From: an uncultured Nitrososphaeraceae archaeon
GTDB lineage: Archaea > Thermoproteota > Nitrososphaeria > Nitrososphaerales > Nitrososphaeraceae
Reading direction: 5' to 3'
NCBI GenBank assembly: GCA_963779615.1
Contig: CAVZZA010000003.1
Span: 768,001 to 832,000, forward strand
Length of the DNA: 64,000 nucleotides
In this document: positions 11,238-21,599 of the stretch, one piece after another
Layout of the letters: the number at the start of each line of letters is the position of its first letter
How positions within the stretch are numbered: the stretch's first letter is position 1
Notes under the pieces: model-generated
The model's database searches: none
Told to the model about the DNA's origin: nothing
What the model saw: only the letters and a program-made list of their open reading frames with translations
Translations under genes and position numbers: made by a program

Positions 11238-12689
11238 ATGTCAGATTCTAATAATGTTATTAATATTAACAATGAAATTAATTGGACAAAGGTTGTAAAA
11301 AAAGAAGCGAGAGGAATTGACGATGCAGATTTTGGTGAAGTCCAAGAAATTGTTTTACACTACATATTTACTGAAAAAGGACTGGTCAACAAAGAAAAGT
11401 TTTACCTTCCAACGGATTTAGTTGCAGGATTTGATGGTGAAAAACTAAGATTTAACATATCAGAAGAGGAGGCCAAAGAAAAATTCCAGAGGGAGAGGTC
11501 CCCGTCTGCGGATGAATATGCAATATACAAGAGGAAAATAATTTCTACAGATATCGACACAGATAAACACCATAATAATGAAAATATTGCAGGATTAAAT
11601 CCGGATATTTATCCATCTAAAGAAGTTAAGGATGCCAACCAAGTAAAGCAGGAAACACACAATAATACAGAAGGTTTACCATCACAAAATAAAAAATTTA
11701 ATATAAAATCTAAAGTTGAAGACAGAGAAGCTGAAGAAAGGAGCAGTCGAGAGGCTGAAGACAAGGCAAAGCAGGAAGCCGAAAGAAGGGCACAATCAAT
11801 ACAAGACAAGGCAAAGCAGGAAGCCGAAAGAAGGGCACAATCAATACAAGACAAGGCAAAGCAGGAAGCCGAAAGAAGGGCACAATCCATAGCACAACAG
11901 GCCGAAGACAAGGCAAAGCAGGAAGCCGAAAGAAGGGCACAATCCATAGCACAACAGGCCGAAGACAAGGCAAAGCAGGAAGCCGATAGACGGTTTAGAG
12001 AAATAATTCAACAGGCCGAAGACAAGGCAAAGCAGGAAGCCGATAGACGGTTTAGAGAAATAATTCAACAGGCCGAAGACAAGGCAAAGCAGGAAGCCGA
12101 AAGAAGGGCACAATCCATAGCACAACAGGCCGAAGACAAGGCAAAGCAGGAAGCCGAAAGAAGGGCACAATCCATAGCACAACAGGCCGAAGACAAGGCA
12201 AAGCAGGAAGATGAGGTTAGAGAAAAGATAGAAGCGGATGAAAGATTCAACGCCATTAGCGAGGAAGTTGAACAAAAAGTTAGAAAAGAAGCAGCCGATA
12301 CAGCTCAATTAATAGCACAACAGGCCGAAGACAAGGCAAAGCATGAAGCCGATAGACGGTTTAGAGAAATAATTCAACAGGCCGAAGACAAGGCAAAGCA
12401 TGAAGCCGATAGACGGTTTAGAGAAATAATTCAACAGGCCGAAGACAAGGCAAAGCATGAAGATGAGGTTAAAAAAGAGTTAAGTCAAGAGAAAAGCAGA
12501 TATTTTGAAACAAACGATATCAATGAAAATAATGCATTTTTTAATCCTTTTATGATAGGCATCAACACATGGCAGAATTATTCTCTCCTCTGTATGAACA
12601 TAACAAAAGAGATGTTAAGCAATACGAGAAGAATGACTAAAGATTTTGAAAACACAATACGGAGAATCAGACAAAATACAGCGGTCTAA
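11238..12689 (+). CDS. Protein with small N-terminal PRC-barrel/YsnF-associated-like domain and charged helical tandem repeats
   Basis: INWTKVVKKEARGIDDADFGEVQE N-domain; about 11 repeats of AEDKAKQEAERRAQSIAQQ / AEDKAKQEADRRFREIIQQ. Confidence 0.8.
   Translation: MSDSNNVININNEINWTKVVKKEARGIDDADFGEVQEIVLHYIFTEKGLVNKEKFYLPTDLVAGFDGEKLRFNISEEEAKEKFQRERSPSADEYAIYKRKIISTDIDTDKHHNNENIAGLNPDIYPSKEVKDANQVKQETHNNTEGLPSQNKKFNIKSKVEDREAEERSSREAEDKAKQEAERRAQSIQDKAKQEAERRAQSIQDKAKQEAERRAQSIAQQAEDKAKQEAERRAQSIAQQAEDKAKQEADRRFREIIQQAEDKAKQEADRRFREIIQQAEDKAKQEAERRAQSIAQQAEDKAKQEAERRAQSIAQQAEDKAKQEDEVREKIEADERFNAISEEVEQKVRKEAADTAQLIAQQAEDKAKHEADRRFREIIQQAEDKAKHEADRRFREIIQQAEDKAKHEDEVKKELSQEKSRYFETNDINENNAFFNPFMIGINTWQNYSLLCMNITKEMLSNTRRMTKDFENTIRRIRQNTAV
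11753..12470 (+). repeat. Intragenic tandem repeats (57-bp units plus two 45-bp variants) in two blocks
   Basis: Recurrent GAAGACAAGGCAAAGCAGGAAGCCGA core, near-identical at nucleotide level. Confidence 0.92.
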
Positions 12690-13029
12690 ATAACACAATT
12701 CAAAAGGATAATAATCAAGAAGAATAACAAATCAATATTAATAAACTAAAAATCCATTGTTTATAATTGGGGAATACTAAAAATAATATACGAATTATCA
12801 TCAAATTATAAGATAGCCCGATAATTTTTTTAATAGTAATAAGATAGATGGTATGCCATCTCAAGCATACATACAACGTATACTACTACTTTTGAACGAA
12901 CAAATCCAATGGTCTGTTCAATTATTTTATATATATTTACTAATAGCAAGAGGTTTTGTACAAAATCCATCAATTGAAAAAGATCTAAAATAGTAATCAA
13001 AGTAAAATTTTTGAAATGCGACAATCCCA

Positions 13030-13150
13030 TAAGGCCAAAACTTCAACCTGTACAACCATTTCATTTTCAAGAATCCCTTGAACATCGCCAGAATAATCAT
13101 ATCTGTTTCTTGCTTCTTTTTAACAATTTCATTCCAATCTATCTGAACTT
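13030..13150 (-). pseudogene. Degraded paralogue of the N-terminal domain of the 11238 gene
   Basis: Minus strand reads QIDWNEIVKK, frameshift, then EARNRYDYSGDVQGI; compare INWTKVVKKEARGIDDADFGEVQEI. Confidence 0.55.
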
Positions 13151-13236
13151 ATAATACCATATTCTAGAAAATTAAAATAATCAACAAAAGATGTAAAAAT
13201 TTTAAAATGAGAAAAACACAACAATAGTAAAACGTA

Positions 13237-13461
13237 CTATTGATGAAATTCTCTTTCTAATGCATCTTTTAGCATACGTGTATGCTTTTCTCTATCTTGC
13301 TTAATTGTTTTCCACATATCAACCAAGTCTTGTCGGTTATCATTTTCAGCATCTTGGATATACTTGTTGATAGTATTATATAGAAAATCAGCTTCCTTTC
13401 CTAATGTCCTAAGTATATCATATGACCTATTAGATAATCCAGTATCTGTTGTTTGAGACAT
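13237..13461 (-). CDS. Small two-helix, half-ferritin-like hypothetical protein
   Basis: 74 aa; KYIQDAE and DREKH...LK patterns. Confidence 0.65.
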   Translation of the reverse strand: MSQTTDTGLSNRSYDILRTLGKEADFLYNTINKYIQDAENDNRQDLVDMWKTIKQDREKHTRMLKDALEREFHQ

Positions 13462-13571
13462 TAACTTTGATAAACCACTTTATGTTATTATATTTTATTT
13501 TTTGCCAGATAATCTTCCTTTATGTTTTTACATGTTTTTTATATGATTTTAATTGTTTACAAATATCAAAT

Positions 13572-14237
13572 GGCTCTGTTCACTTAAGCGTTTTCAATTC
13601 CCTGTTATGAAAATCCACAAACAGATTAAGCCAATTCATTACATGCTTTAGTTTGCATTTCTTTTTTCTGCATGGAAAGTAATCATCAAAACTCTCCGTT
13701 CTGTCCTTTATGTAATGCATTGTCCTTTCAATGATGCTTTTCTCATATGAGGAATGCAGATGATGGTTTATCTTTAAGAATCTACATGCTTGAGGGTACC
13801 ATGTTCCGCCATCTGTAGAAATTGGATGTATATCATGATGCTTGATTAGACTGGAGATAAATCGTTCTGCAACAAACATGTTCCGTTCCTTTGATATGCT
13901 AATCCCAAGAATCTCTTTACTTTTAACTTCAATAGCTACCCATAACCAAATGTATTCTGGGCCGACTTTAAGGACTGTCTCGTCTATGACATACTCTAAA
14001 ACCTTCTTTTTCTTTGATGAAATTTTTTGAGGGTTATACTTTTGTATCCAATTCCAGATAGAAACATGGTTTCGTTTTATAATGTATGATAGCCTTTCAG
14101 ATGTCCTCCTTAAAGACAGTCCCGAAAAATAAAAGTACAAACCATGGTATATGTACTCTGAAGGTGTTCTGTTTCTGATATTCACAAAGGAGATAGGACA
14201 TCTTCAAGCTATAGGCTTTCCTTAAATGAACAGAGCC
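13572..14237 (-). mobile_element. IS6 family insertion sequence, intact (666 bp)
   Basis: TIRs GGCTCTGTTCACTTAAG and CTTAAATGAACAGAGCC; 8-bp direct repeat TATCAAAT at 13564-13571 and 14238-14245. Confidence 0.93.
13580..14185 (-). CDS. IS6 family DDE transposase
   Basis: GLSLR, HVSIWNWIQK, IDET, WLWVAI, STDGG.WY, IIER. Confidence 0.92.
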   Translation of the reverse strand: MNIRNRTPSEYIYHGLYFYFSGLSLRRTSERLSYIIKRNHVSIWNWIQKYNPQKISSKKKKVLEYVIDETVLKVGPEYIWLWVAIEVKSKEILGISISKERNMFVAERFISSLIKHHDIHPISTDGGTWYPQACRFLKINHHLHSSYEKSIIERTMHYIKDRTESFDDYFPCRKKKCKLKHVMNWLNLFVDFHNRELKTLK

Positions 14238-14481
14238 TATCAAATAGTACTTGTCCCATAATATTTTAATGGCAAAATTCTTTACAACAATACATAAAAA
14301 AATAAAAACTTTTGCTGTTTCAATAATGACTATTGTTTTCAATTTTCAAAAATATAGTTAAAGAATAAAGAGGTAACTTTGGTTTAGTTATAAACAGCCT
14401 TAAAATATGAATTCATAAAACAGATTTGTTTTAATACACCATAAATAAATAATTTTATAATTTGTAAGTTACCGTTATGCA

Positions 14482-14847
14482 ATGCCTCACATTATAATTG
14501 AAGGTAAGAAAATTGAATTTGAATCAATATACTGCAATTTTATTAAAACAGTTGAACGAAACAACAACTACATCATAAAACTCGAGGATTCTTTCCTAAA
14601 TCAATCAAAAGATTTGATTTTGATAAAAACAACAGTTATTGAAAACAATGTAAATCAGAAATATTATATTCAATTGATGAAAAAAGAAAATCGAGTAACA
14701 GTAAGATTGGACCCAATAACAGATCCAACAAATAAAAACAATGGCGTTAAAATATCCATAGCAAAGGTTGCCAAAATGATTTTATCAGTTCATAAAGAAT
14801 CTGATGAACTTTCAATAACCAAAACTAACCTCGAAGTGTTTATCTAA
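14482..14847 (+). CDS. Hypothetical protein
   Basis: 121-aa ORF with plausible alpha/beta composition (VTVRLDPITDP). Confidence 0.7.
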   Translation: MPHIIIEGKKIEFESIYCNFIKTVERNNNYIIKLEDSFLNQSKDLILIKTTVIENNVNQKYYIQLMKKENRVTVRLDPITDPTNKNNGVKISIAKVAKMILSVHKESDELSITKTNLEVFI

Positions 14848-15009
14848 TTAAATAAACACACAAATCAAACACACAATAAATTCAAAGGATATTACACAAA
14901 GATAATTTATGGCAAAATTACAGCTTCCAACAAAGTATTTCTTAGACAAGATATAATTCTCATTGGAATGTGTTATTTAACCTGTTTAGGCAACAGGTTA
15001 AAAAGATTT

Positions 15010-15168
15010 ATGGAATGATACTGGCATTATCAGCTGGAGGAATTTTCTACATGCCGTACTATGAAATGATACCAAAGGCGCATAAAGAAAGAGAATTGTT
15101 AGCCTCATTTGGGGCGGTGTTGTGATTTATCACAGGATTTGTTGTGGTCTTGACCATAGAATCATAAG
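15010..15168 (+). pseudogene. ZIP zinc-transporter C-terminal remnant
   Basis: GMILALSAGGIFYMPYYEMIPKAH...SFGAVL*FITGF matches the last ZIP helices; internal TGA; no 5' part. Confidence 0.65.
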
Positions 15169-15657
15169 CGCATTCTTTCATAATTTTATAAAATTGCAGA
15201 ACAAAGATTAATAAGTACCTGTTTTTCTATGGTCAAATTCTTTTCAACGGTTTGGAATTCAAACAGGTCAAGAAATGTCACTATGATGCAATACTTGTAA
15301 GGACGCCCTACTGCATTAAATCCACAAAAACTGTCTTACCCTTGTCATTCAGGCAGATGTATACCTTAAAGTCTAATCCCGAAATCCATTATTTTAGGAT
15401 GTGAATAGTCTTATCCAAAAAAGATGACCAAGTAATTTAACAAACTCAAACTGAAGATGGTTTAATACAAAAACAAATCTCAAAAAGTAACGGATATACA
15501 AAGTGTCCTTGCATAACAGTAATTTAACTACAATTTAAATAACCTGTATAAATAAACATGTATAAAATTGGTTGAACCTGTTTTTAGACATTTTTAATTA
15601 GCAATTAGTAATTGTTGAATAAACAGAATCATAAGAAGAATACTTATTTAGTTTCAG

Positions 15658-15864
15658 TTGTTGAATGCTATTATGGTTTTAACTTTAAATTGTAAAGATG
15701 CCGGGGACCCGGTTTGTACGCATACAATGCAAGGAGAAACAGAAGAAGAACTTTTTGAAAACGCAAAGAAACATGGAATAGAAGCCCATGGATATACAGA
15801 AGAAAGTTTCAAAGAAATTGAAAACAACAAGGATCATTTCCGAAAATTAATAAAAAGCGTATAG
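15658..15864 (+). CDS. DUF1059 small metal-binding protein
   Basis: LNCKDAGDPVC...GETEEELF...KHG..AHG. Confidence 0.85.
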   Translation: MLNAIMVLTLNCKDAGDPVCTHTMQGETEEELFENAKKHGIEAHGYTEESFKEIENNKDHFRKLIKSV

Positions 15865-16211
15865 TTTTACAAACTCATTTTTTTCCATTATTGAATAAAA
15901 TATGTGATAATGACATTTAATGAAATAAGCTATTGTTATTAAAACAAGTAATGTTAACCAGCATTAACAGGGCTTTAGGTTGCCTTGCACCTAAAAATAT
16001 GATGATATCTTGTTTTCCACTGTCATGTAACGAACCCTTTTTCCGCGGTTAATATAGATAATGAAGATCATTTTCATTCTTGGCTATGAAATACAATGAT
16101 CCTTTTTTTATTTGAATCTTCACGATATAATTAACATTTGTTATTTATTGATTCATGAATTTGCTTTTGCAACTAATCAACTAGGCTGTCATTGCTCCAG
16201 TAATTCACCAA

Positions 16212-16219
16212 TTTATATA
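16212..16219 (+). promoter_or_regulatory. Putative archaeal TATA box of the SDR gene
   Basis: TTTATATA about 27 bp before ATG 16246, consistent with a leaderless transcript. Confidence 0.45.
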
Positions 16220-16245
16220 ACTACCTTTTTACTGCCAATGTAAAT

Positions 16246-17103
16246 ATGCAAGGACGAAATGTTGCACTTGTAACAGGTAGCTCAAGCGGCATAGGATTTG
16301 AAACAGTCCTCCTATTAGCCAGGAGTGGGTTTCATACGTATGCTTCTATGCGCAACCTTGAAAAGTCCAAGAAAATAACAGAAATAGCTAATAAGGAAAA
16401 ATTGCCATTGCAGGTTGTTCAGATCGATGTAAACGATGAGGGATCTGTAGAAGAAGCAATTGACAAGATAGTAGCAGAAAACAAGGGAATCGAGGTGTTG
16501 GTAAACAACGCTGGATATGGGCTTTTTGGATCTCTCGAGGACTTATCAATAGAAGAGATAAAAGCACAATTTGAAACAAACTTTTTTGGGGCAATACGGC
16601 TCACGCAGAAAGTTCTTCCTGCCATGCGGATGCAGAACAGTGGTGGCACAATAGTAAATGTAAGTTCAGTTGGAGGGCGTGTGGGTGTTCCAGTTTTGTC
16701 TGCATATAATAGCACAAAGTTTGCATTAGAAGGTTTAAGTGAATCAATGTCATATGAGCTAGAGCAATTTGGAATTAGAGTGGTCATAATTGAACCTGGT
16801 TTTATCAGAACTAACATTATGAACTCAAGCATTTCAGCAAAAAAATCTTTAGAATCAAAATCGCCATATTTTTCACTGATGCAAAAGGTACAGAACTACT
16901 TTAAATCAATGATGGACAATGCATCATCATCTTCTCCACCCGAAGAAGTGGCAAAGACTATACTGCAAGCCATAACGTCTGAAAATCCACAATTGAGATA
17001 CACTGTGGGTAATGACTCTGCCACTATAATACAAGCAAAAAGAACGATGTCAGATGCGGAGTTTGGAAATTTGATAAAGCAACAGTTTCTACCTCATTCA
17101 TAA
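16246..17103 (+). CDS. Short-chain dehydrogenase/reductase
   Basis: VTGSSSGIG, VNNAG, YNSTK, IEPG. Confidence 0.95.
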   Translation: MQGRNVALVTGSSSGIGFETVLLLARSGFHTYASMRNLEKSKKITEIANKEKLPLQVVQIDVNDEGSVEEAIDKIVAENKGIEVLVNNAGYGLFGSLEDLSIEEIKAQFETNFFGAIRLTQKVLPAMRMQNSGGTIVNVSSVGGRVGVPVLSAYNSTKFALEGLSESMSYELEQFGIRVVIIEPGFIRTNIMNSSISAKKSLESKSPYFSLMQKVQNYFKSMMDNASSSSPPEEVAKTILQAITSENPQLRYTVGNDSATIIQAKRTMSDAEFGNLIKQQFLPHS

Positions 17104-17296
17104 TGTTAAATATTTTGACTAACCATCCAAATTTTTGGAATAAAGACATAATACAATGGCTCAACCCTTCTTTGGCTTTGACTAATGGGTGGAGTTTGAC
17201 AGGCAAAGGGGTTCAATATTTTTTACATATGGATTTCACATATTTAACCCCAATAGGAAAGATTTGTATGATGATTGATATTGTTCATGTTAAAGC

Positions 17297-17665
17297 CTAA
17301 AAGAAATAATGCGATCTTTGATGAATGTATTTTTCATCTTCACTATTAAATACTGCACCACAAAAATCACAAATCAAGATTCCCAACTGCTCAATATCTC
17401 CAATTTTCAATATAGTGAGAGTATTTTCTTTCTCCATGTCTTGTACTACAACATATTCATCGATAGAATTTTTTTGTAATGAGGAGTTTAAAAGATCTTC
17501 AAACTCTTTCATAGATCCAGAAAATTCAAACACAGAAAATCTTGCAGTGCTATCTTGATTGTTGACATGATAGTTCTTCACATAAAAAGGATTTATTTCC
17601 ACTGAATTTGTAACTATTGGTATCAAGTGATCAGGAAAAAAAGACATGTCCACTATGATATTCAT
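17297..17665 (-). CDS. Hypothetical protein with C-terminal C2H2-type zinc finger
   Basis: CDFCGAVFNSEDEKYIHQRSH. Confidence 0.75.
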   Translation of the reverse strand: MNIIVDMSFFPDHLIPIVTNSVEINPFYVKNYHVNNQDSTARFSVFEFSGSMKEFEDLLNSSLQKNSIDEYVVVQDMEKENTLTILKIGDIEQLGILICDFCGAVFNSEDEKYIHQRSHYFF

Positions 17666-17825
17666 GATTTTATCCTTTTCTATTACCTGATTGTATTATT
17701 ATGTATTATTAATGTAATATTTCTGATTGATTTTGTAAATCCTTTATAATAATAATTTTTACAAATGGACTTTAACCTTATTTGGGTTTGAATTCACATA
17801 CAAAATCAAAAAATATAATTATGAA

Positions 17826-18167
17826 TCAGGCACCTTTATCTGATTCATCCCAAATAAGATTATTTGAATTGACCGTTATATCCGCTAATTCATCATATAT
17901 CTGATTTAATAAACTCTGGGCAGTCGTGACATTGCCAATATTAACTTCTGATTGTGTACTATTTACAAGGTTTTTTATTTTTAATATAGAATCGTCAAGT
18001 TGAAAAGAAGCATCATCAGTCATGTTAGTATTGTTACCAATGCTAATATATGATACTTTTTGTGCATGTGTGTTTTCAATGGAATTGAAGTTTACAAAAA
18101 AAATCATAGTTGTCATTAATGCAAATAAAGAATAAAACAGAATTTTATTATCATTTTTGTCTACCAT
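17826..18167 (-). CDS. Putative secreted hypothetical protein
   Basis: Hydrophobic N-terminus ending THAQ; N/T-rich. Confidence 0.65.
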   Translation of the reverse strand: MVDKNDNKILFYSLFALMTTMIFFVNFNSIENTHAQKVSYISIGNNTNMTDDASFQLDDSILKIKNLVNSTQSEVNIGNVTTAQSLLNQIYDELADITVNSNNLIWDESDKGA

Positions 18168-18662
18168 GCTATATTTTTTTCTTTATTTTAACTATAAAAG
18201 GATTATCATAGTCTTTTCATTCGCTAAGAATCGCAATATATCCATCGTCCTTTGTACGTCAATAACACCTGTGCACATATTCAGCTTTTTACTATTAATT
18301 AGTTGATAAGAAGAAGGAGAAGAAAAATGAAGAAAAATAGAGATAGCAACAAACTAAATATAAAATCATTAGAATGATAAATGCCCTCTACCATGAAGTT
18401 AATACCACTGCCCATTACTGGTGAATCAAAGTAAGAAATCTCGCTCATTTTTAGAATAAACAATCAGAAAAATTGACATACAATAAAACTGCGAAAGAGC
18501 AAGTAAAATAGAAAAATCACAGATCACCTAATGGATACCATCAAGTCTTAATGTGTTATGAATCAACAGATGAAAAGTACATGCTGATTCAATGGATCTG
18601 GATTTGGCTGAACACAATAGCTGCACTTTTACTCCCTTACATAATTATAAGCCATAATTAAA

Positions 18663-19173
18663 ATGGTGTTAACCAAGTAAAGTAAAAAAAATTCCACATG
18701 GATATCACTCGAGTACACCTATCTGAATGTAAAAGGCGGTGCAAGGGCCATAGACTTTTATAAAAAAGCATGTGGAGCCAAAGAACTAGTGTATATGATG
18801 GCTCCAGACGGAAAAGCAGTGGCTCATGCAGAACTTTATAGGTGATTCCAAATTAACGCTAGCAGACGAAATTCCAGAGATGAAAAATCCTTCACCTACA
18901 ACTTCAGGTGAAGTTCAGGCGGAATTTTTTGTGTGTGAAGATTGGGACAAAACCTTTAATCAGGCAGTTGCAGAAGGAGCAAAAATATTGTACTCGGTTG
19001 AGGAGCAATTTTGGGGAGACCGACATGAAGTATTGAAGATCCAATTGGACACAGATGGTCAATATCAATCCGTGTCAGACCTTAGTCCAGAAGAGATGGA
19101 AAAAGCAGAAGAAGAAGCAATGTCAAAATTTGTGAAAAGAAAACAAATTAACATCATAATTAAAAAAATATAA
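18663..19173 (+). pseudogene. VOC/PhnB glyoxalase-like pseudogene
   Basis: IPHGYHS..P, frameshift, LNVKGGARAIDFYKKA.GAKE...PDGKAVAHAEL, frameshift, IGDSKLTLADE...EQFWGDR. Confidence 0.75.
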
Positions 19174-19592
19174 AAAACTGAATACAGTTCAAATTATCTT
19201 TTATTTGCATCCATGTATTTTGCACCAAATCCACTGATACTTTATCTTTAATTATACAATTCATTGAACCCCTTTACCCATCCGAATCAAATCCTCTTTC
19301 CCATTACACATGGACAGGTATACTCGTTTTTTCACCAGAACATCACTAATCGTATTGAAATCTCATATATCTTAATGTGGATTAATCAAAATAACTTGGT
19401 TTATAACAACAGGTTAACTGAAAGTAAAGAGAATAAGTTTTACAGGGAAACAAAAAAGTCAACAGAAATCGGAAAAAATCTATTGATCCTATCAAAAAAC
19501 TATCCCTGTAGTTATTCTTTTTATAGAAACAAAGTCAATGATAAGCCAACTCGAAAGTTATTTAAATTTATTTACCTTAACTAAAACCATAT

Positions 19593-20276
19593 TTGAACGA
19601 GAGTAAGATTCAAACTAATAAAGGCACCCACCATTCTGCAATCAATCAAAACAATCTACCTTTAACTGTGGGAATTTTGATCTTTGATGAAGTAGAAGTC
19701 TTGGACGTCACAGGACCTTTCGAAGTATTTTCAGCAACTCGTTTAAACGAAGAACGACGGTTTAGCGAACCGTCTCCTTTTAAACTCGCGTTAATATCAG
19801 AAACTTTGAAGACAATCATTGCTACTGGGGGCTTACGTTTGACACCAGATGTGACTTTTGACAGCAATGTAAAATTAGATTTATTGATAGTGCCTGGCGG
19901 TAGGGGCACACGTAGAGAGGTAGACAATACAAAACTCATCCAATGGATTTCAAAGCAAGCATCCGGGACTCCTTTGACTGCATCAGTTTGTACAGGTTCA
20001 TCTCTCCTTGGAAAAGCAGGGTTGTTGGATGGACGAATTGCTACCACTCATTGGAAAGCTTTTGATTTTCTACGACTATCTGCACCTAAAGCTCACATAC
20101 TGACAGATGTTCAATTTACCATGGTAGAACCAATATTTACTTCAGCAGGTGTTGCCTCCGGAATTGACTTATCTTTACGGATTGTAAGCTATTTCTTTGG
20201 AACTGAGATGGGCCAGGCTACTGCTCATTATATGCAATACCCATATCCAGCAAATGATTTACTAAGGGAGAATTAA
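19593..20276 (+). CDS. DJ-1/PfpI family protein (isonitrile hydratase-like)
   Basis: EVLDVTGPFEVF, LIVPGG, SVCTG, ATTHW, TSAGVASGID. Confidence 0.92.
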   Translation: MNESKIQTNKGTHHSAINQNNLPLTVGILIFDEVEVLDVTGPFEVFSATRLNEERRFSEPSPFKLALISETLKTIIATGGLRLTPDVTFDSNVKLDLLIVPGGRGTRREVDNTKLIQWISKQASGTPLTASVCTGSSLLGKAGLLDGRIATTHWKAFDFLRLSAPKAHILTDVQFTMVEPIFTSAGVASGIDLSLRIVSYFFGTEMGQATAHYMQYPYPANDLLREN

Positions 20277-20633
20277 AACGCAAAAGACGAGTTCTTATAT
20301 ACACAAAGATTGGATTTGAGCGGCTACATGCAAATCAAATGACATCATTAAGTGTAATTATCAAATACCTACCCACAATCCCCTAGCACACCTAATGGAT
20401 TCAAACTCCACTTTAGCCCCTCAAAACAAAAACTAGGCTAAAACATCATTTAAAAACTTGGATATTTGGGTATTGTGCCACATAGTAATTTATATAAAAT
20501 TGGATATACCGTACAATCACGGTTTATTTAAAACCTTTTAAGGAAACATTGAATTTGACAATGATAAAAAAAACAACAGACACATTTACCCATAATAAGA
20601 AATTTCTTTGTTTGTAGTGCTAGCATTGTGTCT

Positions 20634-21530
20634 TTACATATTCATTTCTGCTTGCAATACTGATTCATCACTCATTTCTTTTTTACTCTGATTGATATCA
20701 CCAGGGGCAGTTTTCTTGTCGTGTAACATATCCATTTTATCCCCCCCATTGTTTTGGATATCCATATTCATGGTAGTTTCGTAAAGTGTAACAATTCCAC
20801 AAATGCTTGAGAGACCTACAATGACGAGAGCAATTCCTACCGCTCTTGCAATCCATATCCCTTTAGACCACATCTTTTCACAAAAAATTATCAATGCGAA
20901 CAGCCCCATCCACACTAGACTCATCCAACCTAAAGCTATCATAATTAGAAAATATGGCCAGCAACATCCAAGACAATAAAGTCCATGATACGCACCCATT
21001 TTAATTGCTCCAATTTTTCCCTCTTTCCATCTTTTCATAAAGAAACTTAGGGGAGACTCGCAGTAGCCTATGCATTTATTTTTCAAGGGTGAAAACTGAT
21101 AGACACCAGAGATAATCAAAATGGAACCAAATATGATACCAAGATATTTACTTTCAAAACTTATAACACTATTCATAGGGACAGACCAGCTAAATAGCAT
21201 GCCCAATCCTGCTAACGCCCAGATTACAAGGTATATTCCCACAAAGAGTATGACTTTAAAAGTAATTGAGATTTTTCTCTCTGTTACTATTGTGGATGAA
21301 TCTATTTGTTTGTTCATATTTAGTTTATTATAAAGAAGAACCATCGGTACTATGGCTGGAAACATCATTGAAGCCATACCCACTGTCCAGCTTGCTGTAA
21401 ATAATGAAATCGATATAGGATTGTAGGTCATCATCAGACTCATCATGTCCGGCTGAACTGCAGATAATAGCCATGATAATGTTGCAGTCGATAGGAGTGA
21501 AATAATGATAATTTTTTGTATGTTATCCAT
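20634..21530 (-). CDS. DUF2182 metal-binding integral membrane protein
   Basis: MASMMFP, YQFSPLK..C...C, GLYCLGCCW, EK. Confidence 0.9.
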   Translation of the reverse strand: MDNIQKIIIISLLSTATLSWLLSAVQPDMMSLMMTYNPISISLFTASWTVGMASMMFPAIVPMVLLYNKLNMNKQIDSSTIVTERKISITFKVILFVGIYLVIWALAGLGMLFSWSVPMNSVISFESKYLGIIFGSILIISGVYQFSPLKNKCIGYCESPLSFFMKRWKEGKIGAIKMGAYHGLYCLGCCWPYFLIMIALGWMSLVWMGLFALIIFCEKMWSKGIWIARAVGIALVIVGLSSICGIVTLYETTMNMDIQNNGGDKMDMLHDKKTAPGDINQSKKEMSDESVLQAEMNM

Positions 21531-21599
21531 CAGTGGTCATCAATGAAAAATCCAGGAATGGTCCTTTAAATCCGATGCCCTAGTGTCATCAAATAGGAT

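Noticed and set aside
11609-12308. Cys- or Leu-rich repeat ORFs on the minus strand
   Set aside because: Antisense shadows of the repeat region of gene 11238-12689
19264-19584. 106-aa TTG-start ORF
   Set aside because: No motif; composition typical of AT-rich intergenic DNA
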